Below are positions 13,833-27,021 of a DNA stretch of 64,000 nt, one piece after another. The translations under genes and the position numbers were made by a program. The notes under the pieces were generated by a model. The model was not told where the DNA came from, did not search any database, and was given only the letters and a program-made list of their open reading frames with translations. How positions within the stretch are numbered: position 1 is the first letter of the stretch; the number at the start of each line of letters is the position of its first letter. Source of the DNA: Octopus vulgaris (lineage: Eukaryota); the NCBI GenBank assembly GCA_951406725.2, contig OX597834.1, forward strand, positions 42,036,001 to 42,100,000. Reading direction: 5' to 3'.

Positions 13833-14736
13833 CACACACACACAAACGAGCTTCTTTAAGTTTCCTTCTACCAAATGCACTCACAAGGCTTTGGTTGACC
13901 CGAGGCTATTCTAGGAGACACATAAACTAGGTGCCACGCAGTGGGATTGAACCCGGAGCCATATGGTTGGGAATACATTCATTCATTCATTCATTCATCC
14001 ATACATACATACATACATGCATTCACACACACACATTCACACACATGCATTCACACATATACATAAATATATACAAAACTACGACGTATACAAGCCATAC
14101 CTGTTTATTCGTCAGGAAACGATGACGTCAGCAGGTTTGAGAGGTACGTCTATTTTGAAACTCATCCAACCGTTTGTAATTCCGTATTCACTGACCGTGA
14201 CTGCTTCTTTGATATGAGCCTGGGTGCTGTGTTGTTAAACCCGTTGCTCTGTGGCAGGAGCCGGGTGACGTAAATCTCTCACGTTGCATCCAGAACACTT
14301 AACTCTTAACAGCTGTTTGCACCTTTAACGAAACTGCTGCAACATTCTTTCTTTCATCTTCTCTCTTTTTCTCTTTTCTCTTTTTCTTGTTTACAGTCAT
14401 TAAAAGCGGCCATGCTGAGGCACTGCCTTGAGGAATTTTCAATCGGCACACTTGGTGCCTATTATTGGTTTAACCTTTGTACTTACTCTATCGGTCCTCT
14501 TTTGCCGAATCGCTAAGGTTACGGAGGTGTAAATACACCAATATCAATTATCAAGCGATGGTTAGGGACAGAAACACACACACGCACACACACACGCACA
14601 CACACACGCACACACACACACACGCAAACACATACAAATTCATACATATATACACACATGAATATATATACCTATATATATATATACTCACAGACATATC
14701 TATACGTATATATATACACACACACATACATACGCT

Positions 14737-15146
14737 TACTCTCTTTTACTTGTTTCAGTCATTTGACTGCGGCCATGCTGGAGCACCGCCTTTAGTCGAG
14801 CAAATCGACCCCAGGACTTATTCTTTGGAAGCCTAGTACTTATTCTATCGGTCACTTTTGTCGAACCGCTAAGTGACGGGGTCGTAGACACATCAGCATC
14901 GGTTGTCAAGCGATGTTGGGGGAACAAACACAGACACACAAACATATACACACACAAATATATACATACATATACATATATATGACAGGCTTCTTTCAGT
15001 TTCCGTCTACCAAATCCACTGACAAGGCTTTGGTCGGCCCGAGGCTGTAGTAGAAGACACTTGCCCAAGATGCCACGCAGTGGGACTGAACCCGGAACCA
15101 TGTGGTTCGTAAGCAAGCTACTTACCACGCGGCCACACCTGCGCCT
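14737..15146 (-). mobile_element. Full-length SINE family B
   Basis: Reverse-complement match to family B. Confidence 0.9.
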
Positions 15147-15724
15147 ACATACATACATACATACATACATACATACATACATACATACATACATACATAC
15201 ATACATACATACATACATACATACACACACATAAAATATGGAGTAAGCAAATAAAACCTGTTTATTCGTCTGAAAACGATGACGTCAGCAGGTTTTAATA
15301 CTTTCGAGATGACGCTATTCTGAAATTCATCCAAACAATATTCACTGACCGTGACTGCTTCTTTGATATGAACCTGGGTGTTTTGCTGTTAACTCATTGC
15401 TCCGTGGCAGGAGCCAGCATGCATAAATGTTTTACGTTGCATCCAGAAGTGCAAACAGCTAATTGCACCTTCATCAAAGCTGCTTCAACATTCTTTTATC
15501 TTCTCCCTTTTATCTTTTCTCTTATTCTTTTTGAAGTCATTGGACTGCGGCCATGCTGAGGCATTGCCGTGAAGAATTTTTACAATCGACACATCCAGTA
15601 CCTATTATTGGCTTTAATCCTGGTACTTTACTGGCCCTGTTTTGCTGAATCGCTAATGTTACGGATGCGTAAGCACAACAACATCGGTTGCCAAGCGGTG
15701 ATGGGACACACACATACACGCGTA

Positions 15725-16690
15725 TGTGAACAGTACCTTGTTTCCTGCTAGTAAAGTGACGATAAGACTTATAAAATGGCGGCGAGCTGGCAGAACCGTT
15801 AGCACGCCGGGCGAAATGCGTAGCCGTATTTCGTCTGCCGCTACGTTCTGAGTTCAAATTCCGCCGAGGTCGACTTTGCCTTTCATCCTTTTGGGGTCGA
15901 TAAATTAAGTACCAGTTACGCACTGGGGTCGATGTAATCGACTTAATCCGTTTGTCTGTCCTTGTTTGTCCCCTCTGTGTTTAGCCCCCTGTGGGTAGTA
16001 AAGAAATAGGTATTTCGTCTGTAGCTATGTTCTGAGTTCAAATTCTGCTGGGGTCGACTTTGCCTTTCATCCTTTTGGGGTCGATAAATTAAGTACCAGT
16101 TACGCACTGGGGTCGATGTAATCGACTTAATCCGTTTGTCTGTCCTTGTTTGTCCCCTCTGTGTTTAGCCCCTTGTGGACAATAAAGAAACAGATAAGAC
16201 TTATAAAATGGCTCATTGTAGTGTTGACAGGTTACTGGATCCACAAGTGATCCAGTAAGCGACATCATTAGTAGAAAAATCAAATCCGAACCCAAGATCT
16301 TCTGACAAATTGCGATGTTTTACGGAATGAATCATTTCATTTGTCGTAGAAGTACGAGTGTCATCAGAATTTACGGGAAAAATGAAATGACTCAGATTAG
16401 TTACGAGACTTCTTGAGTTAGATGAAGAAGCTTGTGATACCTTGGCGATTCCAATGTTCTCATAATTTTGTTCTGGACTGATTAAAGAGGTGTTTGCCAT
16501 ATTTGTGCTGACTTCTGAAGACGGAGACTGACTTTGACCCGGAATCAGCATGTTGATGTTGTGCATCTTTTGTGAAGAAATTTGTCAACTTTGCAGTCTT
16601 TCGCTCTAGTTCCAAAGTCTCCAGTTTCGTCTTTGCTAGTTTTCGTTTTTCAGCACCTGTTAGTTGAATCCATTTCAGCTTAGTTCTTGG
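15725..16690 (-). pseudogene. N-terminal remnant of a hAT (ZMYM1-like) transposase split by a SINE dimer
   Basis: QLTGAEKRKLAKTK...KLTNFF, then YWITCG../CQHYNEPFYKSY|RHF continuing across the SINE. Typical of the region upstream of the TTF zinc finger. Frameshifted. Confidence 0.65.
15778..16192 (+). mobile_element. Family A SINE dimer
   Basis: One head plus two bodies. TSD GATAAGACTTATAAAAT at 15761-15777 and 16193-16209. Confidence 0.92.
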
Positions 16691-16711
16691 GTGTCCCTAT
16701 CATAATTTTTA

Positions 16712-16939
16712 TTCTTTTACTTGTTCCAGTAATTTTGGACTGCAGCCATGCTGGAGCATCGCCTTTAGTCGAGCAAATCGACCCTAGGACTTATTCTTTG
16801 TAAGCCTAGTACTTATTCTATCGGTCTCTTTTGCCGAACCGCTAAGTTACGGGGACGTAAACACACCAGCATCGGTTGTCAAGCGATGTTGGGAGACACA
16901 CACACAAACATACATACATATATACATTCATACATACAT

Positions 16940-16970
<31 letters not shown>

Positions 16971-17010
16971 CGACGAGTTTCTTTCAGTTTCCGTCTACCA
17001 AATCCACTCA
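16712..17010 (-). mobile_element. 5'-truncated SINE family B
   Basis: Tail and body match family B. Confidence 0.85.
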
Positions 17011-17033
17011 TATATATATATATATTTATACAC

Positions 17034-17119
<86 letters not shown>

Positions 17120-17749
17120 TCAAGTACCGAGATTTTTCTACACAATATTGGTAAGTGCCAGAGCACGAAACTGTCGGCTCCTGAGTTACTATGCAACTTC
17201 AGCAGATTATTAATGATAACATACACACACAGGGGTACACACGCATTTGTATATATATATACATATGCATATATACATATGTTATATATACATATATTAT
17301 ATATACATAAGTTTAGAGTTCTACTTGCAAAACTTATATGCATTTATGTATATAGGCCAGTAGGTATGTAAATATGTTTGTATATGCAATGTATCAGAGC
17401 TGCATGATTTCTCCCCCTCTTCATTAACAAACATGTCCATGCGCACACACATGTGCACAAGTATGCACTTTATGCATGCGTCAATCCAAGCATATGTACA
17501 TACAAACATGCGTACACAGAGGCAAGAAATCAGTTACCGAAAATTCCAAAACCTGTCTCAAGAAGTGGGACAGGGCGTGGCTTTAAATCTGTATTGACAT
17601 CATAAGAACATAGAGAATTGTAACAGCAGAGAAAAGAAAACATTATCAGCATCACATCCGCATCAGTTCAGTTTACCGAAATAAGTGCATCTGTAGGATG
17701 ACGTAAATGCTTTAAACGAATTTCTGCACAACGTGCTCGTACACAAACT

Positions 17750-18560
17750 TATGTACGTACACGAATATGCATATACACACACACACACATACATACATAC
17801 ATAAATATATGCATACATACATAATTACATACATACATACATACATACATACGTACGTACGTACGTACGTACATACATACATACATGCATACATGCATAC
17901 ATACATGCATACATACACGCATACATACATACATGCATACATACATACATGCATGCATACATACATACATACATGCATACATGTCTACATACATACATAC
18001 ATACATACATACATACATGCATACATGCATACATACATACATGCATACATATATGCAAACATACACACATACATACATACATGCGTACATACATGCGTAC
18101 ATACATACATACATACATACATACATACATGCATACATGCATACAAATATGCATATACTACTTACGTACACAGACATACACACACATATACACTGATACA
18201 TACGTACACACCTACATATACACATACATACAGGCATATATGCATACACACATACATTCATACATAAATACATACATACAGACAAACAGGCGCAATATAC
18301 ACGAATACATACGTACGTACGGTCACACACATACATACATATATGCATACATACATATACGCATACATACACACATACATACATACAGACAGACAGATAG
18401 ACATACAGACAGACAGTCAGACACAGTCGCAATATACATGAACACATACGTACACACACATGCATACGTACACACGTACATACATACATACATATGCGCA
18501 ACATACACGCATACATAATACATACATACATACATACATACAGACAGACAGACAGACAGA
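17750..18560. repeat. Compound (TACA)n/(CAGA)n microsatellite
   Basis: Direct observation. Explains the overlapping spurious ORFs. Confidence 0.97.
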
Positions 18561-18935
18561 CACGGGCGCAATTTTCTTCTGGTCGAGTAGCCCATCCCGC
18601 TCAAAAGGTCCCTGAATAAGGATTGTTTAAGGATGTTGAACGAAACACCCATGTTTCCAAAGGTGAATTATTCAAACCCCAAAGAATCCCTCTCAACACA
18701 TGGCTATGATGCCCCCCCCCCATACTTCTGCTCGTGATTAGAGATGCATATATCGTCAGCCACTAAGAGACATGCTCAACTGGTTTAAGGTCAAACAACT
18801 GTCAACCAAATCTGTCGTATTGAGCAGAATATTTGCTGTAGCCCATCTCTTATACCAAGACAAAACAATGTACGTGATAACACTTCATTAGATCAGAAGC
18901 CATGAGAGCCACTGCCTGGTACTACATCAGGGCAT

Positions 18936-19058
18936 TTATTATTATTGTAATTATTATTATTATCGTCATCATCATCCGCATTACCATCCTCCTCATCGTC
19001 ATCATCTTCAGTATCTTCACCATCATCATCGTCATCATCACCAACATCATCATCATCA

Positions 19059-19095
<37 letters not shown>

Positions 19096-19152
19096 CATTA
19101 TTATTATTATTACTGTCGTCGTCGTCCTCCTCCTCCTTCTTCTTCTTCTTCT
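18936..19152. repeat. Compound (ATT)/(ATC)/(TCC)/(TTC) trinucleotide repeat
   Basis: Direct observation. Confidence 0.95.
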
Positions 19153-19902
19153 CTACCACCCACCCCACCTCCACGCCTCTCCATCAATTACACACACACA
19201 CACACACACTTGTCATATAATCCGAAATGTCATGTGACGATCACTTACTGTCGTCCATCACGCGAACGTAAAACATTAAGTCAGGCCACGATGACATATC
19301 TTCACTCATTTCTCGTTAATTATGGGATTTGTGTCATATTGTTCCATCATTAGTGTCTATGAAATCTAAACTGTGTCTGGAGCCATAATTCTCCACATCT
19401 ACCCTTAAAACAAAGTAATACTAACACGATTTGTTCAGGACTGTCACCCTGTGGAAGCCTGAAAGATACCTTTATCAGTTGTCTAAATGTACCTTGGACA
19501 TTTTGTACGACACTAACGAATTATATGATAGACATACTTGCACACTTGCATAAACTATGTATAAGCTATGTAGACATACAAATATATGTGCATAGTGATT
19601 TCCTTTCGATTTCGCTTCGCGTACGCACACGCATACACTCGCATATATGTACACGCATCGATTTATACATACGCACAAGCATACGTGCATACATACATGC
19701 ATGCATACATACATGCATTAATACATAGAAACAAAGATACACACAGACACACATACATGCATATATACATGTGTCAATACATACAAACATCCATCCATCC
19801 ATCCATACATACATACATAGTGCATACATTCATAATATATACATTCATAATACATACATACATAATACATACATACATAATACATACGTAATACATACAT
19901 TA

Positions 19903-20293
19903 AGGCGGCGAGCTGGCAGAAACGTTAGCACGCCGGGCGAAATGCTTAGCGGTATTTCGTTTGCCGCCACGTTCTGAGTTCAAATTCCGCCGAGGTCGAC
20001 TTTGCCTTTCATCCTTTCGGGGTCGATTAAATAAACACCATTTACGCACTGGGGTCGATGTAATCGACTTAATCCGTTTGTCAGTCCTTGTTTGTCCCCT
20101 CTGTGTTTAGCCTCTTGTGGGTAGTAAAGAAATAGGTATTTCGTCTGTCTTTATGTGTCTGTCTTTATGGTCGACTTAGCCTTTCATCTCCTCGGGGTTG
20201 ATAAATTAAGTACCAGTTGCGTACCGAGGTCGATCTAATCGACTGGCCCCTTCCCCCCAAATTTTTGGGCCTTGTGTCTAGTGTAGAAAAGAA
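19903..20293 (+). mobile_element. Family A SINE dimer
   Basis: Head plus two bodies joined at GAAATA|GGTATTTCG. Confidence 0.88.
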
Positions 20294-20299
20294 TAGTTT

Positions 20300-21033
20300 T
20301 CACCTTCAAGAGTATGTGTTTGCAATACATGAGATCAGCCTACAATCCAGTTTCCGGAAATGCTCCATAAAATAGGCAATGGACAAATTACGTCCTACGA
20401 CAACGGATACATTGACGCTACCATCATTGGTCACACTGTCCCCAGCCCTGATGACTTATGTTCTGCCATTTACTCAAATCTTACAAATGGAACACATAAA
20501 ACCAGACTGGCTTCGCGACTGTTCTTGCACCTACAAATGCAGCTGTCAACACTCTTAACTACGACTTACTCAGCTACCTTCTCAAGAACATTGTTACAGA
20601 TCAGTTGACACCGTTACCGACCTCGATCAGGTTACACACTTTACAATATAATTTCTCAACTCCAAAGATCTTCCAGGACTCCCTCCCCATAAACTTCACT
20701 TGAAAGTCGGTTACCCTGTCATCCTCCTACGCAATCTAAACGCCCCCATACTATGCTATGGAACTCGCCTTGTGATGAAACAAATGATGGGTCACGCCAT
20801 TCAAGCCTAAATTATCTCGGGACACGGCAAAAACGATATCGTTTTCATTCCGGAAATTCCGCTAACCCCAACAGACTACTCCAGCCATGACAATTCACAA
20901 AGTAGAAGGTCGTGCTTTTCACATGGACAGTTCTACGTCGGTTGTTCCAGAGTTGGCCATGCAGACAACTTATTCATATATGCTCCTGAATACAAAACCA
21001 AAAAATGTCGTCTACAAAGCAGCCCTACAATAG
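20300..21033 (+). pseudogene. Decayed Helitron PIF1-like helicase C-terminus
   Basis: Frameshifted translation: VLAPTNAAVN, FLNSKDLPGLPPHKLHLKVGYPVILLRNLN, GTRLVMK, VFIPEIPL, FSHGQFYVGCSRV, NVVYKAALQ*. Confidence 0.92.
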
Positions 21034-21689
21034 TTACTCCTCTACTGCAATCTTCACATCTACGCCAAACTGTAACCGTTAGCAACCAGACTTCCTGCAA
21101 GCATTTTATTGATATTCTGCTTCATGTCTCTGATTGCTGTTAACAGTACATTACCTTCAATGACCCTTCTTACTTCATGCACGCTGTTTACTCATAAGCA
21201 TGCTCTGGCATTTATTTTTGTACATGACATTATTCTATTCGTGTGTTTGCTATAAATAAATGTTTGCTTTTCTTTATCATACATGACTTTCATTGAAACA
21301 AAAGCTTCAATGCGGTTGTGTGAGGCGTTACGAGAGAAATAAGTACACGATACAAATGCTTCAAGTATGATATAGGATTCCTAATGCCTGCTACAATTGC
21401 GATCTTATTTCAAGGACTTTAATTTATTACTAACTGCCAAATTTGTGTTCAAAAGAATTTAATCATTACCTAAGTTGCTTAATACTAAATCATAAACTGC
21501 TAACGAAAATGGCAGTTGTACATTTTACGCTTATTGACTTGAAACGACTTTCAACTGCGGCTTAATTCAATTTAAACCGTCCACAGGAGTGCACCATTAT
21601 AATAAAATACGCCGTCCAAAGGAAGGGTGCATTCGCTCGTGCAGAAATAAAACTGAATATATGCACATATTTACATACATGCAGACGTA

Positions 21690-22230
21690 CACACATACTT
21701 AAACACATACACACACACACACAAATACATATATACATACATACGTACATAATTCCATACATATATACATACATACATACATACATATATACGTGCATAC
21801 ATACATACATACATACATACATACATACATACATTCATACATACATAAATACATACATACATACATACGTACATACATACACACATACATACATACATAC
21901 ATACATACTTACATACATGCATACATATATACATACATACATAATTCCATACATACATACATGCATGCATGCATGCATACATACATACCTACCTACCTAC
22001 ATACATACATACATACATACATACATACATACATACATACATACATACATACATACATACATACATACATACATACATACATACATACATACACACATAC
22101 ACACATACATACATACATACACACATACACACATACATACACACATACATACATACATACATACATACATACATACATACATACATACATACATACATAC
22201 ATACATACATACATACACAATTCCATACAT
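21690..22230. repeat. (TACA)n microsatellite
   Basis: Direct observation. Confidence 0.98.
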
Positions 22231-22620
22231 ACCAAAACTATATGAGAACTACCAGAACTTGGAGCCTACTCATTGTTACTGAACATGTTCACATTGACAG
22301 ATGGCATCACAACGAAAGGGGCGGAGTTAAATCCGTATAAACAATTATCCAACTCCAGCAGAGAAAAACAAACAAAATTAAGATTCTTTCGAGATTCTAG
22401 AAGACGTCTGGAATTTATCAATGTCAGTCGATTACGTATATCTTAGAATTTGACTGGTTTCTATATTTTATTGAACCACGGAGGGATGAGAAATAGAAGT
22501 GACCAAAGCGAGATTCGAACTCAGAGCGTAAGGCACTCGAAATAAAATGCGTAAAGCATTTTGTTCGACGCTCTAACGCTTCTCTCCAGCTACTTTCTAT
22601 ACGATATATAGTATACATAC

Positions 22621-22999
22621 GGAGGCGCAATGGCCCAGTGGTTAGGGCAGCGGACTCGCGGTCGTAGGACCGCGGTTTCGATTCCCAGACCGGGCGTTGT
22701 GAGTGTTTATTGAGCGAAAACACCTAAAAGCTCCATGAGGCTCCGGCAGAGATGGTGGTGATCCCTGCTGTACTCTTTCACCACAACTTTCTCTCACTCT
22801 TACTTCCTGTTTCTGTTGTACCTGTATTTCAAGGGGCCGGCCTTGTCACTCTCTGTGTCACGCTGAATATCCCCGAGAACTACGTTAAGGGTATACGTGT
22901 CTGTGGAGTGCTCAGTCACTTGCACGTTAATTTCACGAGCAGGCTGTTCCGTTGATTCGGATCAACCGGAACCCTCGTCGTCGTAACCGACGGAGTGCT
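22621..22999 (+). mobile_element. SINE family C (GGAGGCGCAATGGCCCAGTGG tRNA-like head) with tail X
   Basis: A box TGGCCCAGTGG, B box GTTTCGATTCC; multiple copies. Confidence 0.9.
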
Positions 23000-23257
23000 T
23001 CCATCCAGTATACATACACATATATATTCATATGTGTCTTTTACCGTTTTACTTGTTTCAGTCAGTGAACTGCGACCAAGCTGGGGCACTGCGTTGAAGG
23101 GATTTTTTAGTTGAACAAATTGATTCCACAATTTTATTTCTAAGCTTGGTATTTATTCTGTCGGGAGTCTTTTGCCGAACTGTTAAGATACAGGGACGTA
23201 AATAAAACGACACCGATTGTCATATGCTATGAGAGATAAATACTCTCAACACACACT

Positions 23258-23343
<86 letters not shown>

Positions 23344-23689
23344 TTCCGTCTACCATGCTCATACGGCTTTGGTTGGCCCGGGGGGCTATAGTGGAAGCCA
23401 CTTGCAGAAGGTGCCGTCCAGTGAAACTGAAACCGAAACCACATTGTCGCAAAGCGAGTTTCTTAACCGCACTTCCAGATCTGTGATATTCATAAACACA
23501 TATACTACACACGTGCGCGCGCGCACATGCATGTATGCATGTGTGTGTGTGTGTGTGTCTCTCTGTGTGTGTGTGTGTGTGTGTGCTTGTATGTTCAGCT
23601 TTCATTCTCATTTATATCATATATCGGTTATACAAACATCCTATTATTTGCCTGAAACAAATTACGTAAAATTACGTAAGCATATATGT

Positions 23690-23762
23690 GTATGTATATA
23701 TATAATATATAATATATAATATACATACATATATATATATGTATATACATATATGTATATAT

Positions 23763-23843
<81 letters not shown>

Positions 23844-23850
23844 CATACAC
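23690..23850. repeat. (TA)n microsatellite
   Basis: Direct observation. Confidence 0.97.
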
Positions 23851-24322
23851 TCATAAATATGCAGTTAAGCATAAATTAAGTATGTGTACGCATTCGTTAC
23901 ATGTGCTCCGAAATCTCAAGCTTCTATATCTGGATTCCATAATTACATTTACACCAATAATAATTGGAGCACTTGGTTTTTGTAGGTAAATGCCTGACTG
24001 TCAGTCTGAGTAAGTTTGGATTTTACAGAAAAAGTAATCAACCAACTGACTCGCACATCATAAAAAACAATTGGTAAGCGGAACAGTTAAACCATGCAAG
24101 ACTTTTCTCAGGTTTAAAATGAGACATTGATTTCGTTATCTGCATTTCAAAGATGGAGTTTGTATCTTACAAACCAGCACCTTCTTCAGAGGAAGAATTT
24201 ATGGAGACTTCCTTCTGTCATGAATGACCATGGGATTGCACTACGGGACCATGGGATTGCACAAGTCCTGATAAGGTTGTTTAGGGAAGATCATCAGTAG
24301 CCCATGCATACCAGCGTTCCCT

Positions 24323-25106
24323 TATTTCTTTATTGCCCACAAGGGGCTAAACGTAGAAGGGACAAACAAGGACAGACAAAGGGATTAAGTCGATTATATC
24401 GACCCCAGTGCGTAACTGGTACTTAATTTATCGACCCCGAAAGGATGAAAGGCAAAGTCGACCTCGGCAGAATTTGAACTCAGAACGTAAAGACAGACGA
24501 AATACCTATTTCTTTACTACTCACAAGGGGCTAAACCCAGAGGGGACAAACAAGGACAGACAAAGGGATTAAGTCGATTACATCGACCCTAGTGCGTAAC
24601 TAGTACTTATTTAATCGACCCCGAAAGGATAAAAGGCAAAGTCGACCTCGGCAGAATTTGAACTCAGAACGTAAAGACAGACGAAATACCTATTTCTTTA
24701 CTACTCACAAGGGGCTAAACACAGAGGGGACAAATAAGGACAGACAAACGGATTAAGTCGATTACATCGACCCCAGTGCGTACCTAGTACTTATTTAATC
24801 GACCCCGAAAGGATGAAAGGCAAAGTCTACCTCGGCAGAATTTGAACTCAGAACGTAAAGACAGACGAAATACCTATTTCTTTACTACCCACAAGAAGCT
24901 AAATACAGAATGGACAGACAAGGACAGACAAACGGATTAAATCGATTATATCGACCCCAGTGCGTAACTGGTACTTATTTAATCGACCCCGAAAGGACGA
25001 AAGGCAAAGTCGACCTCGGCAGAATTTGAACTCAGAACGTAATGGCAGACGAAATACCGCTAAGCATTTCGTCCGGCGTGCTAAAGTTTCTGCCAGCTCG
25101 CCGCCT
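24323..25106 (-). mobile_element. Family A SINE tandem tetramer with a single head
   Basis: Unit boundaries at 24323, 24507, 24691 and 24875 (184-bp period). Head only at 25060-25106. Confidence 0.95.
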
Positions 25107-25622
25107 TGTTTCTCATAAATACATCGTTGAGATTCTTATGATAATTTATAAAACTAAATTTGAGATAAAACATATTATCTTAATAGTAATTACAACTTTA
25201 GTGTTCTTAGTTTTATTATAAATTATCTGTGTAATGTTTAGATTTTACATCTGTTTACAAAGTTTGTATTGACCGTAGATTTACGCACATATATTGATGA
25301 CGGACCACTACTACATGGTTATTAACTTTCAGTTGTGATGCGTCATATTTATTGTCTTAAGTATTTTAAACAAACGAAAACATAACTACATGATGAATGT
25401 TATCATCTCTCTCACATTCTCTCTGTCAAAACATATATTTTGCCCTAACTAGCGCTCAAATAATAATAAAAACCATCATATATTACATATGATCTCGCAC
25501 AAATGTATCAAATGTATTTGTTTATATATGTATATATATGAGAACAACGTTTCTTTTTTAAATAACGCACATATTCTAAAACGCACACATCTGAGTCTGT
25601 CGTGAGTCAACACGTTAAAATA

Positions 25623-26188
25623 TTGGGTTGTCCGGAAAGTTCTTGTTGATTTTTAAAGGAAAGAAAAAGGTCAATAAATACTTGCCATTACATTTTTAAT
25701 CAACCAAATATGAACCATTTTGTTGCACAATGCGTCTCCACCTTTCCTTTGACTTGAAAATACTCTCTTCCCAGAATTGAGGTGGTTTCATGGCAAAGAA
25801 TTCATTAAGGTATCTTTTTACGTCAGCCAAGGAATTGAAATTTTTACCATTAAGACTATTCTGCAGAGACCTGAATAAGTGGAAATCCGAAGGAGCAATA
25901 TCTGGTGAATATGGAGGCTGGGGTAACACATCCCAGCCGAACTGCAGCAATTTTTGTCTGGTTCCCAAAGCATCAAGTGGCGAAAATGAACTTTCTTATC
26001 TTCCATTTTAAAGGGTTACAGAATTAACACAGGTTATAGGGACATAAACCTTCTTCCACGAAAAGATAGCTTAAACTGTCCTCTAAATGGAGGTGTAGTC
26101 AAATCCTATTTTATGGACTCAACCATTTTCTGAAATAAATCGAAAGGTAAGCTACTATAAATCGGCAAGAACTTTCCGGACAACCCAA
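25623..26188 (-). mobile_element. Internally deleted mariner transposon with both TIRs
   Basis: TIRs TTGGGTTGTCCGGAAAGTTC / GAACTTTCCGGACAACCCAA with flanking TA. N-terminal MEDKKVHFRH is joined to the C-terminal PPYSPDIAPSDFHLFRSLQN motif. Confidence 0.95.
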
Positions 26189-26670
26189 TATAAATCACTT
26201 TTGGGAAAATTCTTCCTTGATGAAATACCCAATTAACAAGTTTCAATATGAAAATTTAAATTAGATTAACTTAATTTAATTTGTGTTACAGAACTAATTG
26301 GATATGGAAACAGCCGTAGGACTGGAATTTCCTTATATGGATTTAAGAATCTTTGAATAAATTGATATCTGCCAGTCGATTTCTTTATTTTCTTCCTTTT
26401 CTCATTCAGGAATACTTTATATCGTCTTTGTTGCATTCAACTAATCTTTGAGCTGGCCGAATCTTCCAAGCTACTGTCAACAATATTCTTTACATAATGG
26501 CTATCGACGAAGAACCAATCTTTACACACTGATTACGATGCCGACATCTCATATTATAGTTTACAAAATTAATTTCCACCTCTATTGTTTACAAATAAAC
26601 TTCAATCGTTACAAATTGGTGACTCAACTAATTAATATCACCCGTTTCATAACTAAAACATTTATTACAT

Positions 26671-27021
26671 ACTAGCACTATGACTCGGCTTTGCCGGGTC
26701 ATAGTGCTGGTACATGTATATACAGCTGCGTGCGTGCGCACATACACGCGAGTACTGTCCAAATCTCCAACTAATTACATACAGCTAGCTGGCATTCAAT
26801 TCGGACATTTTCTTTGGGTTTTGGATAGAAAATTCACAAAAAAGTCACTTCTATTGATTTTTAAAGGTTTTGCGGGAGGACTAGGGAAATGTAAAGATGT
26901 GCACGACCACCCTTGGATGGTTTTGAATGACCATAGAAAGTGCAAGCCCTCTAACTAAAAAAATGTGGATTTTTATAAAGGACAAACACACAGACATTTT
27001 GCCGTTCATACATAGAGAGAT
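26671..27021 (+). mobile_element. Helentron-type non-autonomous element (HINE/DINE-1-like)
   Basis: 5' ACTAGC..CGGC..GCCGGG hairpin and 3' end ...CATAGAGAGAT. Same layout as 50590-50980. Confidence 0.55.

Larger units (their letters stand above)
12636..15720 (+). repeat. Three diverged local copies of a ~480-bp unit (12636-13130, 14095-14570, 15232-15710)
   Basis: Shared CCTGTTTATT..GATGACGTCAGCAGGTTT, TTGATATGA.CCTGGGTG and ACATTCTTT blocks, each followed by the same old SINE B tail. Confidence 0.85.

Noticed and set aside
18560-18935. Possible LINE UTR between microsatellites
   Set aside because: Single copy in the window with no coding motif; cannot classify.
22621-22695. tRNA gene (also other SINE heads and the B box at ~9560)
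   Set aside because: No proper acceptor stem or terminator; runs into SINE bodies.
17712-23989. HTYI/MYVC/YI-repeat ORFs
   Set aside because: (TACA)n, (CA)n and (TA)n artefacts.
24323-25106. CRISPR-like regular array
   Set aside because: 184-bp whole-unit repeats with no unique spacers or cas genes; a SINE concatemer.
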